This document shows positions 8,959 to 18,352 of a DNA stretch of 64,000 bases, piece after piece (the stretch's first letter is position 1; the number at the start of each line of letters is the position of its first letter). Made by a program: the position numbers and the translations under genes. The DNA is from an uncultured Actinomycetes bacterium (lineage in GTDB: Bacteria > Actinomycetota > UBA4738 > HRBIN12). The stretch is from contig OY969934.1 in assembly GCA_963704725.1 (NCBI GenBank), forward strand, positions 256,001 through 320,000. The letters are read 5' to 3'. The notes beneath the pieces were generated by a model. That model did no database searches. It saw nothing but the letters and a program-made list of their open reading frames with translations, and was not told the origin of the DNA.

Positions 8959-9039
8959 TCGGCCGACCGGACCACCGGAGGCCGACGTCCCACCGGCCCA
9001 CGAAGCCCTTTCGATTGACCGGTCAACCGGAGATCGAGG
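8959..9039 (+). promoter_or_regulatory. tandem structured element (two GA-CCGG-NCNA-CCGG-A hairpins) in operon leader
   Basis: TCGGCC-GA-CCGG-ACCA-CCGG-A-GGCCGA (8959-8985) and TCGATT-GA-CCGG-TCAA-CCGG-A-GATCGA (9011-9037). Confidence 0.7.
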
Positions 9040-9080
9040 ACCAGCTCGAACTCCATCCGGCTCTCGAAAGGAGCGCTCCC

Positions 9081-10184
9081 GTGCGGTTCCGCCTCACCTT
9101 CCGGCTGCTCTCGGTGATCGCCGTGCTCGGCGTCGTCGCCGCCGCCTGCAGCAGCGACTCCGGCGACGGGTCCACCGACCCCAACGGCTCGCCCGTCGGC
9201 TCCGTCGGCCCCGCGTGCACGCCTTCGGACTCTCCCGTCGTCACGCTCGCCGCGTACAGCAACGTCTACGACACCTACGGCAAGCTCATCTCGAACTTCC
9301 AGAGCGACTGGAAGGAGTCGCACGACGGGCAGCTGGTCCAGTTCCTCACGTCGTTCGGCGGAAGCACCACCCAGGCCCAGAGCGTGATCGGCGGGCTCGA
9401 TGCCGACATCGTCGCCCTGTCGCTCGCTCCCGACGTCGGCCTGATCCAGGACGCCGGGCTCATCACCCACGACTGGATGCAGGGAACCGAGGACGGCATC
9501 GTGGCGTCCTCGGCCGTCGTGTTCGACGTGCGCCCCGGCAACCCGAAGGGCATCCACAACTGGAGCGACCTGACGCAGCCCGGCCTGCAGATCCTGACCC
9601 CCGACCCGGCGGCGAGCGGCGGTGCGCGCTGGAACATCGTGGCCGCGTACGGCGCCGCCATGCGGGGAGAGGTTCCGGGCTACGCGGCGAACGACCCGGC
9701 CGCCGCGCAGCAGCTCCTGACGGACATCTTCAGGAACGTGACCGTCATGGACAAGAGCGCCAACGACTCGATCAAGAACTTCCAGGCCGGCAACGGCGAC
9801 GTCGCGATCACGTACGAGTACTCGGTCCTGACCGCGCAGGCGGCGGGACTCCCGGACGAGATGGTGATCCCGCCGTCGACGCTCTCGATCCGGACGCCGG
9901 TGGCGGTCGTGGACGCGAACGCCGAGCAGCACTGCGTCGAGGACATCGCGAACGCGTTCGTCGACTACCTGCACACGCAGGACGCCAAGGACGTCTACGC
10001 GAGCGTGGGGTTCGAGCGGCCGGTCGACCTGGCGGCGGCGCAGTCGGGGGACGACGGCGCCTACCAGCCGATCGACGACCTGTTCACCACCGACGACCTC
10101 GGCGGCTGGGACCAGCTCCAGAGCGACACGGTGTTCGGGCCGGACGGCGCGTTCACCAAGGCCCTGGCCGCGGCCCAGGGATAG
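9081..10184 (+). CDS. sbp: sulfate ABC transporter substrate-binding lipoprotein (Sbp/CysP type)
   Basis: Lipobox VAAAC, SFGGSTTQA, GNPKGIHNWSDL, PDPAASGGARWN; AAGGAG SD. Confidence 0.93.
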   Translation: MRFRLTFRLLSVIAVLGVVAAACSSDSGDGSTDPNGSPVGSVGPACTPSDSPVVTLAAYSNVYDTYGKLISNFQSDWKESHDGQLVQFLTSFGGSTTQAQSVIGGLDADIVALSLAPDVGLIQDAGLITHDWMQGTEDGIVASSAVVFDVRPGNPKGIHNWSDLTQPGLQILTPDPAASGGARWNIVAAYGAAMRGEVPGYAANDPAAAQQLLTDIFRNVTVMDKSANDSIKNFQAGNGDVAITYEYSVLTAQAAGLPDEMVIPPSTLSIRTPVAVVDANAEQHCVEDIANAFVDYLHTQDAKDVYASVGFERPVDLAAAQSGDDGAYQPIDDLFTTDDLGGWDQLQSDTVFGPDGAFTKALAAAQG

Positions 10185-10185
10185 C

Positions 10186-11076
10186 GTGAGCACGCAGACG
10201 CTCGTTCGGACGCCGGTCCCGTCCCCGTCTCCCGCGGGGGCGGGGCGGCGCGTCTCGGTTCGGGTGCGATCCGCCCTGGCGCGATGGGGCCTGCGCGGAT
10301 CCGCCCTGTTGTACCTGGGCCTGCTGATCGCGCTTCCGACGGCGGCCGTCATCTGGCGCGGGTTCCAACACGGTCTGGGGGCGTTCCGCAGCGCCTTCCA
10401 GGTCCCCGGCGCCGCGGAGGCGGTCGGGCTCACCATCGTCCTCGCGGTCGTCACCGCGGTCATCAACGTCGTCTTCGGCACGCTCATCGCGTACGTGCTC
10501 GTCCGCTACGAGTTCCCGGGCCGACGGGTCCTGTCGACCGTCGTCGACATCCCGTTCGCCATCCCGACGCTCGTCACCGGCGTCATGCTCCGGGCGCTCT
10601 ACGGGCCCAACGCGCTCGTCGGAGGGTTCCTCGAGCGTCACGGCGTCCACATCGTCTTCGCGCAGGCCGGGATCCTGCTCGCGCTCCTGTTCGTGACGCT
10701 GCCGCTGGTGGTCAGGACCGTGCAGCCGGTGCTCCTCGAGCTCGACGAGACCGAGGAGGAGGCGGCCAGGGTCTTGGGCGCGACGCGGTGGGCGACGTTC
10801 CGTCGGGTGGTCCTGCCCAAGCTCCGCCCCGGGATCGTCGCCGGCGGGCTGCTCGCGTTCGCCCGGGCGCTCGGGGAGTTCGGGGCCGTCGTCATCATCT
10901 CGGGCAACATCATCGGCAAGACCCTCACGGCCCCCTACCTGATCTTCCAGCTCGCGAGTCAGTTCAAGATCGAGGAGGCGGCGGCGGTCTCCACGCTGCT
11001 GTTCGCGATCGCGTTCGGCGTCGTGCTGCTCACGGAGCGGCTCGTCGGAGTGCGCCGTTCGGAGCGTCGGTCGTGA
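10186..11076 (+). CDS. cysT: sulfate ABC transporter permease CysT
   Basis: YVLVRYEFPGR, VDIPFAIPT, VRTVQPVL, EEAARVLGA, FARALGEFG. Confidence 0.93.
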   Translation: MSTQTLVRTPVPSPSPAGAGRRVSVRVRSALARWGLRGSALLYLGLLIALPTAAVIWRGFQHGLGAFRSAFQVPGAAEAVGLTIVLAVVTAVINVVFGTLIAYVLVRYEFPGRRVLSTVVDIPFAIPTLVTGVMLRALYGPNALVGGFLERHGVHIVFAQAGILLALLFVTLPLVVRTVQPVLLELDETEEEAARVLGATRWATFRRVVLPKLRPGIVAGGLLAFARALGEFGAVVIISGNIIGKTLTAPYLIFQLASQFKIEEAAAVSTLLFAIAFGVVLLTERLVGVRRSERRS

Positions 11077-11945
11077 GCGCCCCCGGGACCGTGCAGATCC
11101 CCGAGGCCCGCGCGCCCAGGCTCGCCACGAAGTCGCGGCGTCGGCTCGTGCACGGCGGGCTCATCGCCGCCGCGCTCGTCTACGTCGGCGTGCTGGTGAT
11201 CGCGCCGCTCGTCGGGATCGCCTGGGCGGCGCTCAAGCCGGGGTGGTCCCTCATCGCCGAGACGCTCACGGCGCCGGACGTCCTGCACGCCTACCAGCTG
11301 ACCATCGTGATCACGCTCGTGACGCTCGTCACGACGAGCGTCTGCGGCGTGCTCGTCGCGCTGGTGGTCGCCAGGGACCGGTTCCGGCTGCGCCCCTTCA
11401 TGAGCGCGCTCGTCAACCTGCCGATCGCCGTGTCGCCGGTGATCGTCGGCGTGATGGCGGTGCTGCTGTTCGGCACGGGAGGGTGGTTCGAGCCCTGGTT
11501 CAGCGCCCGTGGCATCGAGGTCCTGTACGCGGTCCCGTCCATGGTCCTGGTCACGATCTTCATCTGCATCCCGTTCGTGATCCGCGAGGTCGTGCCGGTG
11601 CTGCAGGAGCTCGGCGTGTCCGAGGAGGAGGCGGCGCGGACGCTCGGGGCCTCGTCGCTGCAGACCTTCTTCCGCGTCACGCTGAAGAACATCCGGTGGG
11701 GGTTGCTCTACGGCATCGCCTTGTCGACGGCGCGAGCGATCGGCGAGATCGGCGCGGTCGCCATCGTGAGCGGTGGCTTCAACGGCCGGACCGAGACGGC
11801 CACGCTCTACATCATGCGGGAGTTCGATCAGTTCCACGATGCCCAGGGCTACGTCGTCGCGTTGACGCTGGCCCTGGCGTCGATCGTGCTCCTGGTCGCG
11901 ATCGAGATGTTCAAACGCCGGCAGGAGAGGACGCAGGAGACATGA
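11073..11945 (+). CDS. cysW: sulfate ABC transporter permease CysW
   Basis: LPIAVSPVI, PFVIREVVPVL, IRWGLLYG, ARAIGEIGAV; GTGA overlap. Confidence 0.93.
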   Translation: MSAPGTVQIPEARAPRLATKSRRRLVHGGLIAAALVYVGVLVIAPLVGIAWAALKPGWSLIAETLTAPDVLHAYQLTIVITLVTLVTTSVCGVLVALVVARDRFRLRPFMSALVNLPIAVSPVIVGVMAVLLFGTGGWFEPWFSARGIEVLYAVPSMVLVTIFICIPFVIREVVPVLQELGVSEEEAARTLGASSLQTFFRVTLKNIRWGLLYGIALSTARAIGEIGAVAIVSGGFNGRTETATLYIMREFDQFHDAQGYVVALTLALASIVLLVAIEMFKRRQERTQET

Positions 11946-13033
11946 CGAAGCCGATGCAGATGACGGGCACGCCCATCCGGGTCGAGGGCCTGTGGAAGCG
12001 ATTCGGGGACTTCGAGGCCGTGCGCGACGTCACGTTCACGGCCGAGGCGGGCAGCATCACCGCGCTCCTGGGTCCGAGCGGCTCCGGCAAGAGCACGGTG
12101 CTTCGGATGATCGCCGGGCTGGAGGAGCCGACGGCGGGACGGATCTGGATGGAGGGGGAGGAGCAGACCCTCAAGTCCGTCCAGGAGCGCCGCATCGGGT
12201 TCGTGTTCCAGCACTTCGCCCTGTTCCGCCACATGACGGTCACGCAGAACGTGGCGTTCGGCCTCTCGGTACGCAAGATCCCGAAGGCCCGCCAGCGCGA
12301 GCGCGTGAACGAGCTGCTCGAGCTCGTCCAGCTCACCGGGTTCCGGGACCGCTACCCCGACCAGCTCTCGGGCGGCCAGCGCCAGCGGGTCGCCCTCGCC
12401 CGGGCGCTCGCGCCCCGGCCGAAGGTGCTCCTGCTGGACGAGCCCTTCGGTGCGCTCGACGCCCGGGTGAGGCAGGAGCTCCGGCGATGGCTCGACGAGC
12501 TCCATCGCGAGCTCGGAGTCACGAGCCTTCTCGTCACCCACGATCAGGACGAGGCACTCGAGCTCGCCAACCGGGTCGTCGTGATGCACGAGGGCGGCGT
12601 GCAGCAGGTGGGGACGCCGCACGAGGTCTACAACGAGCCGGCCACGCCGTTCGTGGCCGGGTTCGTGGGCACCGCGAACGTCCTGCACGGCCGAGTCATG
12701 GACGGGCACGTCCAGGTCGGCGACCATCGGGTGGCCGGCGCGGACCATCTGGAGGACGGGATCGCCGCGCGGGCCTTCGTTCGCCCGCACGACGTCCTCG
12801 TCTCGACGGTCGCGCACAACGGCGGTTCGGTCGTCGCCGTGGCCGAGCGGGTCGTGACGATGGGATGGCTCTCCCGCGTGAGCCTGCGCCTGCCCGACGA
12901 CCAGGTGCTGATCGCCGAGCTCCCCAACGACGAGCTCGGATCCGTCGAGGAGGGCTCGCGGGTCTGGGTCGACCTGCGGCGGGCGAAGGCGTTCGAGACC
13001 CCGGAGCCCGTGGGGGCGATCGCTTCGCCGTGA
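11942..13033 (+). CDS. cysA: sulfate ABC transporter ATP-binding protein CysA
   Basis: GPSGSGKST, FQHFALFRHMTV, LSGGQRQR, LLLDEPFGALD, TOBE-like tail. Confidence 0.94.
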   Translation: MTKPMQMTGTPIRVEGLWKRFGDFEAVRDVTFTAEAGSITALLGPSGSGKSTVLRMIAGLEEPTAGRIWMEGEEQTLKSVQERRIGFVFQHFALFRHMTVTQNVAFGLSVRKIPKARQRERVNELLELVQLTGFRDRYPDQLSGGQRQRVALARALAPRPKVLLLDEPFGALDARVRQELRRWLDELHRELGVTSLLVTHDQDEALELANRVVVMHEGGVQQVGTPHEVYNEPATPFVAGFVGTANVLHGRVMDGHVQVGDHRVAGADHLEDGIAARAFVRPHDVLVSTVAHNGGSVVAVAERVVTMGWLSRVSLRLPDDQVLIAELPNDELGSVEEGSRVWVDLRRAKAFETPEPVGAIASP

Positions 13034-13254
13034 GCGCCCCGAAGCCTGAGCGGCCTGCCGAGCGGGTGCCCTCCTCCTCGGCGGGCCGCTCACCACCCGC
13101 GCTCCCGGATGCCGGCCCGTCGATGGACGAGCTCGAGGTCCTGCTCCGGGTGGCCGACCTCCTGCGGAAGGTCAGGTTCGGAAGCGTGCTGATCGTGGTG
13201 CAGGATGGCAAGGTGGTGCAGATCGAGATGGCAGAGAAGATCCGGCTGCGATGA
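13030..13254 (+). CDS. YezD/DUF2292 family small protein, copy 2
   Basis: LRKVRFGSVLIVVQDGKVVQIEMAEKIRLR; overlaps the cysA stop and next ATG; alternative ATG at 13123. Confidence 0.85.
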   Translation: MSAPKPERPAERVPSSSAGRSPPALPDAGPSMDELEVLLRVADLLRKVRFGSVLIVVQDGKVVQIEMAEKIRLR

Positions 13255-14285
13255 GTCGCGCACGGGTGGTCGCCGGGCTCTCGGCGCTGGTGCTGCTCTC
13301 CGCCTGCGCCAGTCCCGAGTCGCGGGCGCGCGGGACCGCGGGCGTGATCCGGCTCGGGGTCTTCGCGGCGCTCACCCACGCCCCGGCTCTCGTCGGGATC
13401 GGCGGCGGGATCTTCGACCGGGTGCTTGGCGGCACGCGCGTCGAGGTGACGACCTTCGACTCGGGGACCGACGCCGGCGTCGCCCTGCTCTCGGGCTCGA
13501 TCGACGCGGCCTACATGGGGCCCTTCCCCGCGGAGCTCCTGTACCTGCGCTCGGGGCGTGTGGCGATCGTCAGCGGGGCCTCCTCCGGCGGGGCGTCGTT
13601 CGTGGTGCGGTCCGGCGAGGGCATCGCAGGCCCCGCCGACCTGCACGACACGCGGATCGGCGTGCCGGGGATCAACAACACCCAGGACATCGCCCTCCGT
13701 TCATGGCTGCACCGCAACGGCCTGCAAGCACGTGACGAAGGCGGAGACGTGGCCGTGGTGGAGGTGGGAGGCTCCGAGCTCCTGCCGCTGTTGCAGCGCG
13801 ACCAGCTCGACGGAGCGCTCGTCCCCGAGCCGTACCCGACGTACCTGGTGGACCGGGGCGTCGCCGACCGGCTGGTGGACGCGGCCGCGCTCTCCCCGCA
13901 GGGCGGGCTCCTCGCGACCGACCTGGTCGTCTCGACGGCCTTCATGGATGCCCACCCCGACGTGGTTCGAGCGCTCGTCGAGGCCAACGTGGAGGCGATC
14001 CGCCTGTGCCGGGAGCAACCCGATCGCGCCGAGGAGATCGCCCGGCGGGAGCTCGCCGCCCGTGGCGGGCCGGTCATGGATCGGGCGGTGTTCGACGTTG
14101 CGTGGGCCGAGCTGGCCTTCTCGTGGGATCCCATGATCGCGTCGTTCGAGCGGGTTGCCGCGGAGACCCTTCGGGCCGGGTTCCTGCCGGAGCCGTCCGT
14201 CGAGGTGGCCGGTCTCTTCCGGCTTGACGACCTCGACGACGTCCTGAACGATGAGGGTCTTCCGCCGGTGGGGGTAGCCGCGTGA
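13251..14285 (+). CDS. aliphatic sulfonate-type ABC substrate-binding lipoprotein (SsuA-like)
   Basis: Lipobox LSAC, LTHAPALVG, NTQDIALR, VPEPY. Confidence 0.87.
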   Translation: MSRARVVAGLSALVLLSACASPESRARGTAGVIRLGVFAALTHAPALVGIGGGIFDRVLGGTRVEVTTFDSGTDAGVALLSGSIDAAYMGPFPAELLYLRSGRVAIVSGASSGGASFVVRSGEGIAGPADLHDTRIGVPGINNTQDIALRSWLHRNGLQARDEGGDVAVVEVGGSELLPLLQRDQLDGALVPEPYPTYLVDRGVADRLVDAAALSPQGGLLATDLVVSTAFMDAHPDVVRALVEANVEAIRLCREQPDRAEEIARRELAARGGPVMDRAVFDVAWAELAFSWDPMIASFERVAAETLRAGFLPEPSVEVAGLFRLDDLDDVLNDEGLPPVGVAA

Positions 14286-15121
14286 CCACGTCCCGAGCGC
14301 TCTCGGTCGTCCCGCGCCTGGATTCCCCGCCCAAGCTCTCCCTCGCCGAGGTGGACAAGTCCTTCCGCACGGGGAGCGGAGAGGTGGTTCGCGCCCTCCA
14401 GCACGTGACCTTCGACGTCGGCGTGGGCGAGTTCGTCTGCCTGATCGGGCCCTCCGGCTGCGGCAAGTCGACGATCCTGAACCTGCTGGCCGGCCTGGAC
14501 CGGCCGGACGGGGGTTCGATCCTGCTCGACGGCGAGCCGATCCAGGGCCCGGGGCCGGAGCGAGCGGTCCTGTTCCAGGAGCCGGCGTTGTTCCCCTGGA
14601 TGAGCGTGCGGGCCAACGTCGAGTACGGCCTCCGGGTGCGGGGTCTGCCCAGGGCGTTGGTGCGTTCCCGCGCCGCCGCGTGGCTGGACAAGGTCCAGCT
14701 CACAGCGTTCGCAGAGGTCCAGCCGCACGAGCTGTCGGGCGGGATGCGACAGCGCGCCGCGCTCGCTCGCGCCCTCGTCTGCACGCCGGACGTGCTGCTG
14801 GCCGACGAGCCGTTCGGCTCGCTCGACGCCCAGTCGCGGGAGATCCTCCAGAAGGAGCTCCAGACCGTGTGGGCGGAGCTCCGCAACACCTTCGTCTTCG
14901 TCACGCACAACGTCCGCGAGGCCGTGTTCCTGGCCGATCGCGTCATCGTGCTCTCGGCCCGGCCGGGAACCCCGATCGAGGAGTACCGGATCACGACGCC
15001 CCGGCCGCGTCATTTCGAGGACGTCCTGCTGAGCAAGGTCGTCCTGGACATCCACGAGCATCTGCTGAGGGAGGTGGAACGCGCTGCGCGCGAGGAGGGT
15101 CCTCGACAGGATCTGGCCTAG
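14282..15121 (+). CDS. sulfonate/nitrate-type ABC ATP-binding protein (SsuB-like)
   Basis: GPSGCGKST, FQEPALFPW, LSGGMRQR, DEPFGSLDAQ. Confidence 0.92.
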   Translation: MTTSRALSVVPRLDSPPKLSLAEVDKSFRTGSGEVVRALQHVTFDVGVGEFVCLIGPSGCGKSTILNLLAGLDRPDGGSILLDGEPIQGPGPERAVLFQEPALFPWMSVRANVEYGLRVRGLPRALVRSRAAAWLDKVQLTAFAEVQPHELSGGMRQRAALARALVCTPDVLLADEPFGSLDAQSREILQKELQTVWAELRNTFVFVTHNVREAVFLADRVIVLSARPGTPIEEYRITTPRPRHFEDVLLSKVVLDIHEHLLREVERAAREEGPRQDLA

Positions 15122-15866
15122 GCTCGCCCTCGTCGCGGCGATCCTGCTGATCTGGTGGGCGATCTCGGCCTCCGGGTGGTTCGCGGACTACCTCCTGCCG
15201 ACCCCGGCGGAGGTCTGGCGCGCCATCCGGACGAACTTCTCCGGCGACAGCGGCCTGCTCGTCGCGGCCGAGCGCAGCCTGCTCCGGCTGGCGTTCGGGA
15301 TGGGCGCCGCCGTGGTGGTCGGGACGTTGCTCGGCCTGGCGATGGCGTCCTCGAGCATCGTGCAGCGCAGCATCGGAACCCTCATGACGGGGCTGCAGGC
15401 CCTGCCGTCGATCGCCTGGCTGCCGCTCGCCGTCATCTGGCTCGGCCTCACGGAGCGGGCCATCCTCTTCGTCGTCGTGATCGGCGCCGTGCCGGCCATC
15501 GCCATCGCCACCGCGGCCAGCGTCCGGGTGGTGCCGCCGATCCTGGTGCGGGCGGGGCGAACGCTCGGCGCGCGAGGCTGGAGGCTCTATCGGGACATCG
15601 TGCTGCCGGCGGCGATCCCCGGCTACTGGTCGGGGCTCCAGCAGGGGTGGGCCATCGCGTGGCGGGCGCTGATGGCCGGCGAGCTGATCCAGACCGGCGC
15701 CCGGGGGCTCGGCCACCTGCTCGGCCGGGCGCAGAGCGCCTTCGACACCTCGCTCATCCTCGGCGCGATGGCGATCATCGTGATCATCGGCGTGGCGGTG
15801 GACTATCTGTTCGCGGTCGTGGACCGCAGGATCCGCCGCCGCCGCGGACTGCTCGCCGCCGCGTAG
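15084..15866 (+). CDS. sulfonate-type ABC permease (SsuC-like), probable non-canonical start
   Basis: YLLPTPAEVW, GLQALPSIAWLP, WRALMAGEL; first ATG only at 15300, CTG at 15084 follows GGAGGT. Confidence 0.85.
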   Translation: MRARRVLDRIWPRLALVAAILLIWWAISASGWFADYLLPTPAEVWRAIRTNFSGDSGLLVAAERSLLRLAFGMGAAVVVGTLLGLAMASSSIVQRSIGTLMTGLQALPSIAWLPLAVIWLGLTERAILFVVVIGAVPAIAIATAASVRVVPPILVRAGRTLGARGWRLYRDIVLPAAIPGYWSGLQQGWAIAWRALMAGELIQTGARGLGHLLGRAQSAFDTSLILGAMAIIVIIGVAVDYLFAVVDRRIRRRRGLLAAA

Positions 15867-15897
15867 CCGCTCGAGGTCGGGCGCTATCGTTCCCCCG

Positions 15898-16839
15898 ATG
15901 GATCGGAACCACACCCTGCCGTTCGCGTTGCTCCTGATCGGCGTGGGGGTGCTGCTCCTCCTGCGGCAGGCCGACGTCATCTCCGAGGACGTGAGCCTGC
16001 TGCCCATCGTGCTGATGGGCGTCGGGGGCTACCTGCTGATCGAACGGGTCGTCGCCGGCGGGCGAGGCGGGGCGGGGTTCGTCGTCCCGCTCGTCCTCGT
16101 CGCGATCGGTCTCGGCGCGCTGCTGCGGGACACCGGCACGATCGACGACGACGACGCGGTGGTCGCGATGGTTGCCATCGCGATCGGGGTTGGGCTCATC
16201 CTCGGGGCGTTCCCGTCGCGACACCGGGGCGCTCAGGAGCGGGCGGAGGTCGCGCTCGCCGGCGCGACCCGCGCCCGCGTGGAGATCGACCACGGCGCCG
16301 GCGAGCTTCGGATCCGGTCCCATCCGGGCGCCGGGAATCTCGTCGAGGGGACGTTCCTCGGCGGTGTCGACGTCCGCCAGCAGCGCGAAGGCGACCTGCT
16401 CGACGTCACGCTGCGGGCGAGGCCCTGGGGGATCCCGTGGTCGCGCCCCGGCCGGCTCGACTGGTCGGTCACGTTCGCGCGGCAGGTGCCCCTCGACCTG
16501 ACCTTGAAGACCGGCGCCAGCAGGACCGAGGCCGACCTGTCGGACATGCTCGTGGAGGCGCTGAGGATCGACACCGGGGCGAGCAGCACGCGTGTGACGA
16601 TCCCGGGCAGCGGCCGGCCGCAGGTGCGGATCCACGGTGGCGCCGCGGAGATCCGGGTGCGGGTTCCCGACCGGATGGCCGCCGAGATCGAGGTTCGGGG
16701 TGGTCTGTCGAGCGTCCGGGTCGACGAGGTCCGGTTCCCCCGATCCGGCGGCGTGTACCGCTCGGCCGACTACGACGAGGCGCCCGGCCGCGCCGACATC
16801 GTGATCGAGGCCGGCGCGGCGAACATCGAGGTTTCCTAG
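15898..16839 (+). CDS. membrane protein, LiaF-like TM region plus beta-repeat domain
   Basis: Four TM helices, then repeated xGAGxL/TGASxT beta motifs. Confidence 0.75.
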   Translation: MDRNHTLPFALLLIGVGVLLLLRQADVISEDVSLLPIVLMGVGGYLLIERVVAGGRGGAGFVVPLVLVAIGLGALLRDTGTIDDDDAVVAMVAIAIGVGLILGAFPSRHRGAQERAEVALAGATRARVEIDHGAGELRIRSHPGAGNLVEGTFLGGVDVRQQREGDLLDVTLRARPWGIPWSRPGRLDWSVTFARQVPLDLTLKTGASRTEADLSDMLVEALRIDTGASSTRVTIPGSGRPQVRIHGGAAEIRVRVPDRMAAEIEVRGGLSSVRVDEVRFPRSGGVYRSADYDEAPGRADIVIEAGAANIEVS

Positions 16840-16849
16840 CCCTCCGCGG

Positions 16850-18181
16850 TCAGGCGACGCCGGCGCGGCGCAGGGCGTCCGTGCGGGCCCGCTCGGTGAG
16901 CTCGGCGAGGCCGTCGGAGACCCGCGGGACCAGCGGCTCCGGGTCGAGGACCCGTCTCGAGGGCTCGGGGAGGCGCTCGAGGTCGGCCCGGAACAGGGCC
17001 CGAGCCGTCTCGAGGGGACGGTGTGGCCCGGTTCGCTCCCCCGCCCGCATCACCGGCACGAGCAGCGGCTCGTGGCCCGCCGGCAGGGGCTCCTCGCGCA
17101 GGCCGATCGTGTCGGCGTCGGGCCCCCGGAACACCTGTTTGCGTCCCGGGACCGAGGTCTTGTTCGGCGAGAGCTTCATCATCGGGCGGCCGTCGTACTC
17201 GACGAGCTTGTAGGCCGAGTCGAGGTAGGGCGCGTCGGCCGAGACCCCGATCCGCGTCCCAACGCCGAACGCGTCGATCGGCGCGCCGGCGCGGACGAGC
17301 CGGTCGACCTCGAACTCGTCCAGGCCGCCGCTGGCGAAGATCCGCACCGACGACAGGCCGGCTTCGTCCAGGATGGCCCGGCTCTCGTGCGCCAACGCCT
17401 CGAGGTCGCCGCTGTCCAGGCGGACGCCCAGGTTGCCGTCGAGGCCGAGCTCGCGGATGACTTCGACGGCCGTCCGCACCCCGTTCAGCGTGTCGAACGT
17501 GTCCACCAGGAACGTGGTGCGTCCCGGGAAGTCGCGGGCGAACGTGCGGAAGGCCTCGGCCTCGCTGTCGAAGGACGCGATGTAGGAGTGCGCCATCGTC
17601 CCGGCCACGCGCAGGCCGAAGCTCCGCGCGGCCTCCACGTTGCTCGTCGCCGCGAACCCGACGATCGAGCTCACCCGGGCGACGTTCATGGCCGCGTCGA
17701 GACCCTGGGTCCGCCGGAGCGAGAAGTCCACGACGTCGCGGCCGTCCGCCGCGATCACGCATCGCGCGGCCTTGGACGCGATCGTCGTCTGGAACGTGAT
17801 CTGGTTCAGCAGGTAGGGCTCGACGAGCTGGGCGACCGCGATCGGGGCGGTGATCTCGAGCAGGGGCTCGCCGGCGTGGACGATCCGACCCTCCGGGACC
17901 GCCCACACGTCACCCTCGAACCGCAGGCCGGCGAACGCATCGAGCACGTCGGGGGGGAACTCCAGCTCCCGGCCCAGGTAGTCCAGATCCGACTCGGCGA
18001 ACCCGAACCCGTCCAGGAACTCGAGACAGGGGTCGAGACCGGCGGCGACGAGGAACCCTCGCCCCGGCGGCAGGTCGCGGACGAAAAGGCTGAAGGTGGC
18101 CTCCTGCCGCATGCCGCGTCGGAGGTAGCTCGCGGCCATGTTGAGCTCGTACAGGTCGGTGAGCAGGCCCCCCGGCGGCAT
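16850..18181 (-). CDS. pncB: nicotinate phosphoribosyltransferase
   Basis: LLTDLYELNM, DFSLRR, GTMAHSY, LVDTFD, VRLDSGD, ASGGLDE, YKLVEY. Confidence 0.96.
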   Translation of the reverse strand: MPPGGLLTDLYELNMAASYLRRGMRQEATFSLFVRDLPPGRGFLVAAGLDPCLEFLDGFGFAESDLDYLGRELEFPPDVLDAFAGLRFEGDVWAVPEGRIVHAGEPLLEITAPIAVAQLVEPYLLNQITFQTTIASKAARCVIAADGRDVVDFSLRRTQGLDAAMNVARVSSIVGFAATSNVEAARSFGLRVAGTMAHSYIASFDSEAEAFRTFARDFPGRTTFLVDTFDTLNGVRTAVEVIRELGLDGNLGVRLDSGDLEALAHESRAILDEAGLSSVRIFASGGLDEFEVDRLVRAGAPIDAFGVGTRIGVSADAPYLDSAYKLVEYDGRPMMKLSPNKTSVPGRKQVFRGPDADTIGLREEPLPAGHEPLLVPVMRAGERTGPHRPLETARALFRADLERLPEPSRRVLDPEPLVPRVSDGLAELTERARTDALRRAGVA

Positions 18182-18352
18182 GGCGCCAGCGTACGCGAAC
18201 CGGATGCCGGGCAGGGCGCGCCTCCGTCCCGTCGAACCGACGCGCCGGGCGCTGGACGGGCCGGCAACGTCGTAGGTCCCCTCGTTCGCCCGCCCTTGGG
18301 CCCGGGGGGTACGGTTGCCGGACGTGGAAACTTCCGTGCGGAGGTGACCGGC

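Noticed and set aside
8959-9039. Twin hairpins as an ANTAR target or SAM riboswitch
   Set aside because: Loops are 4 nt rather than ANNGNN hexaloops, and I see no SAM-I/IV core sequences.
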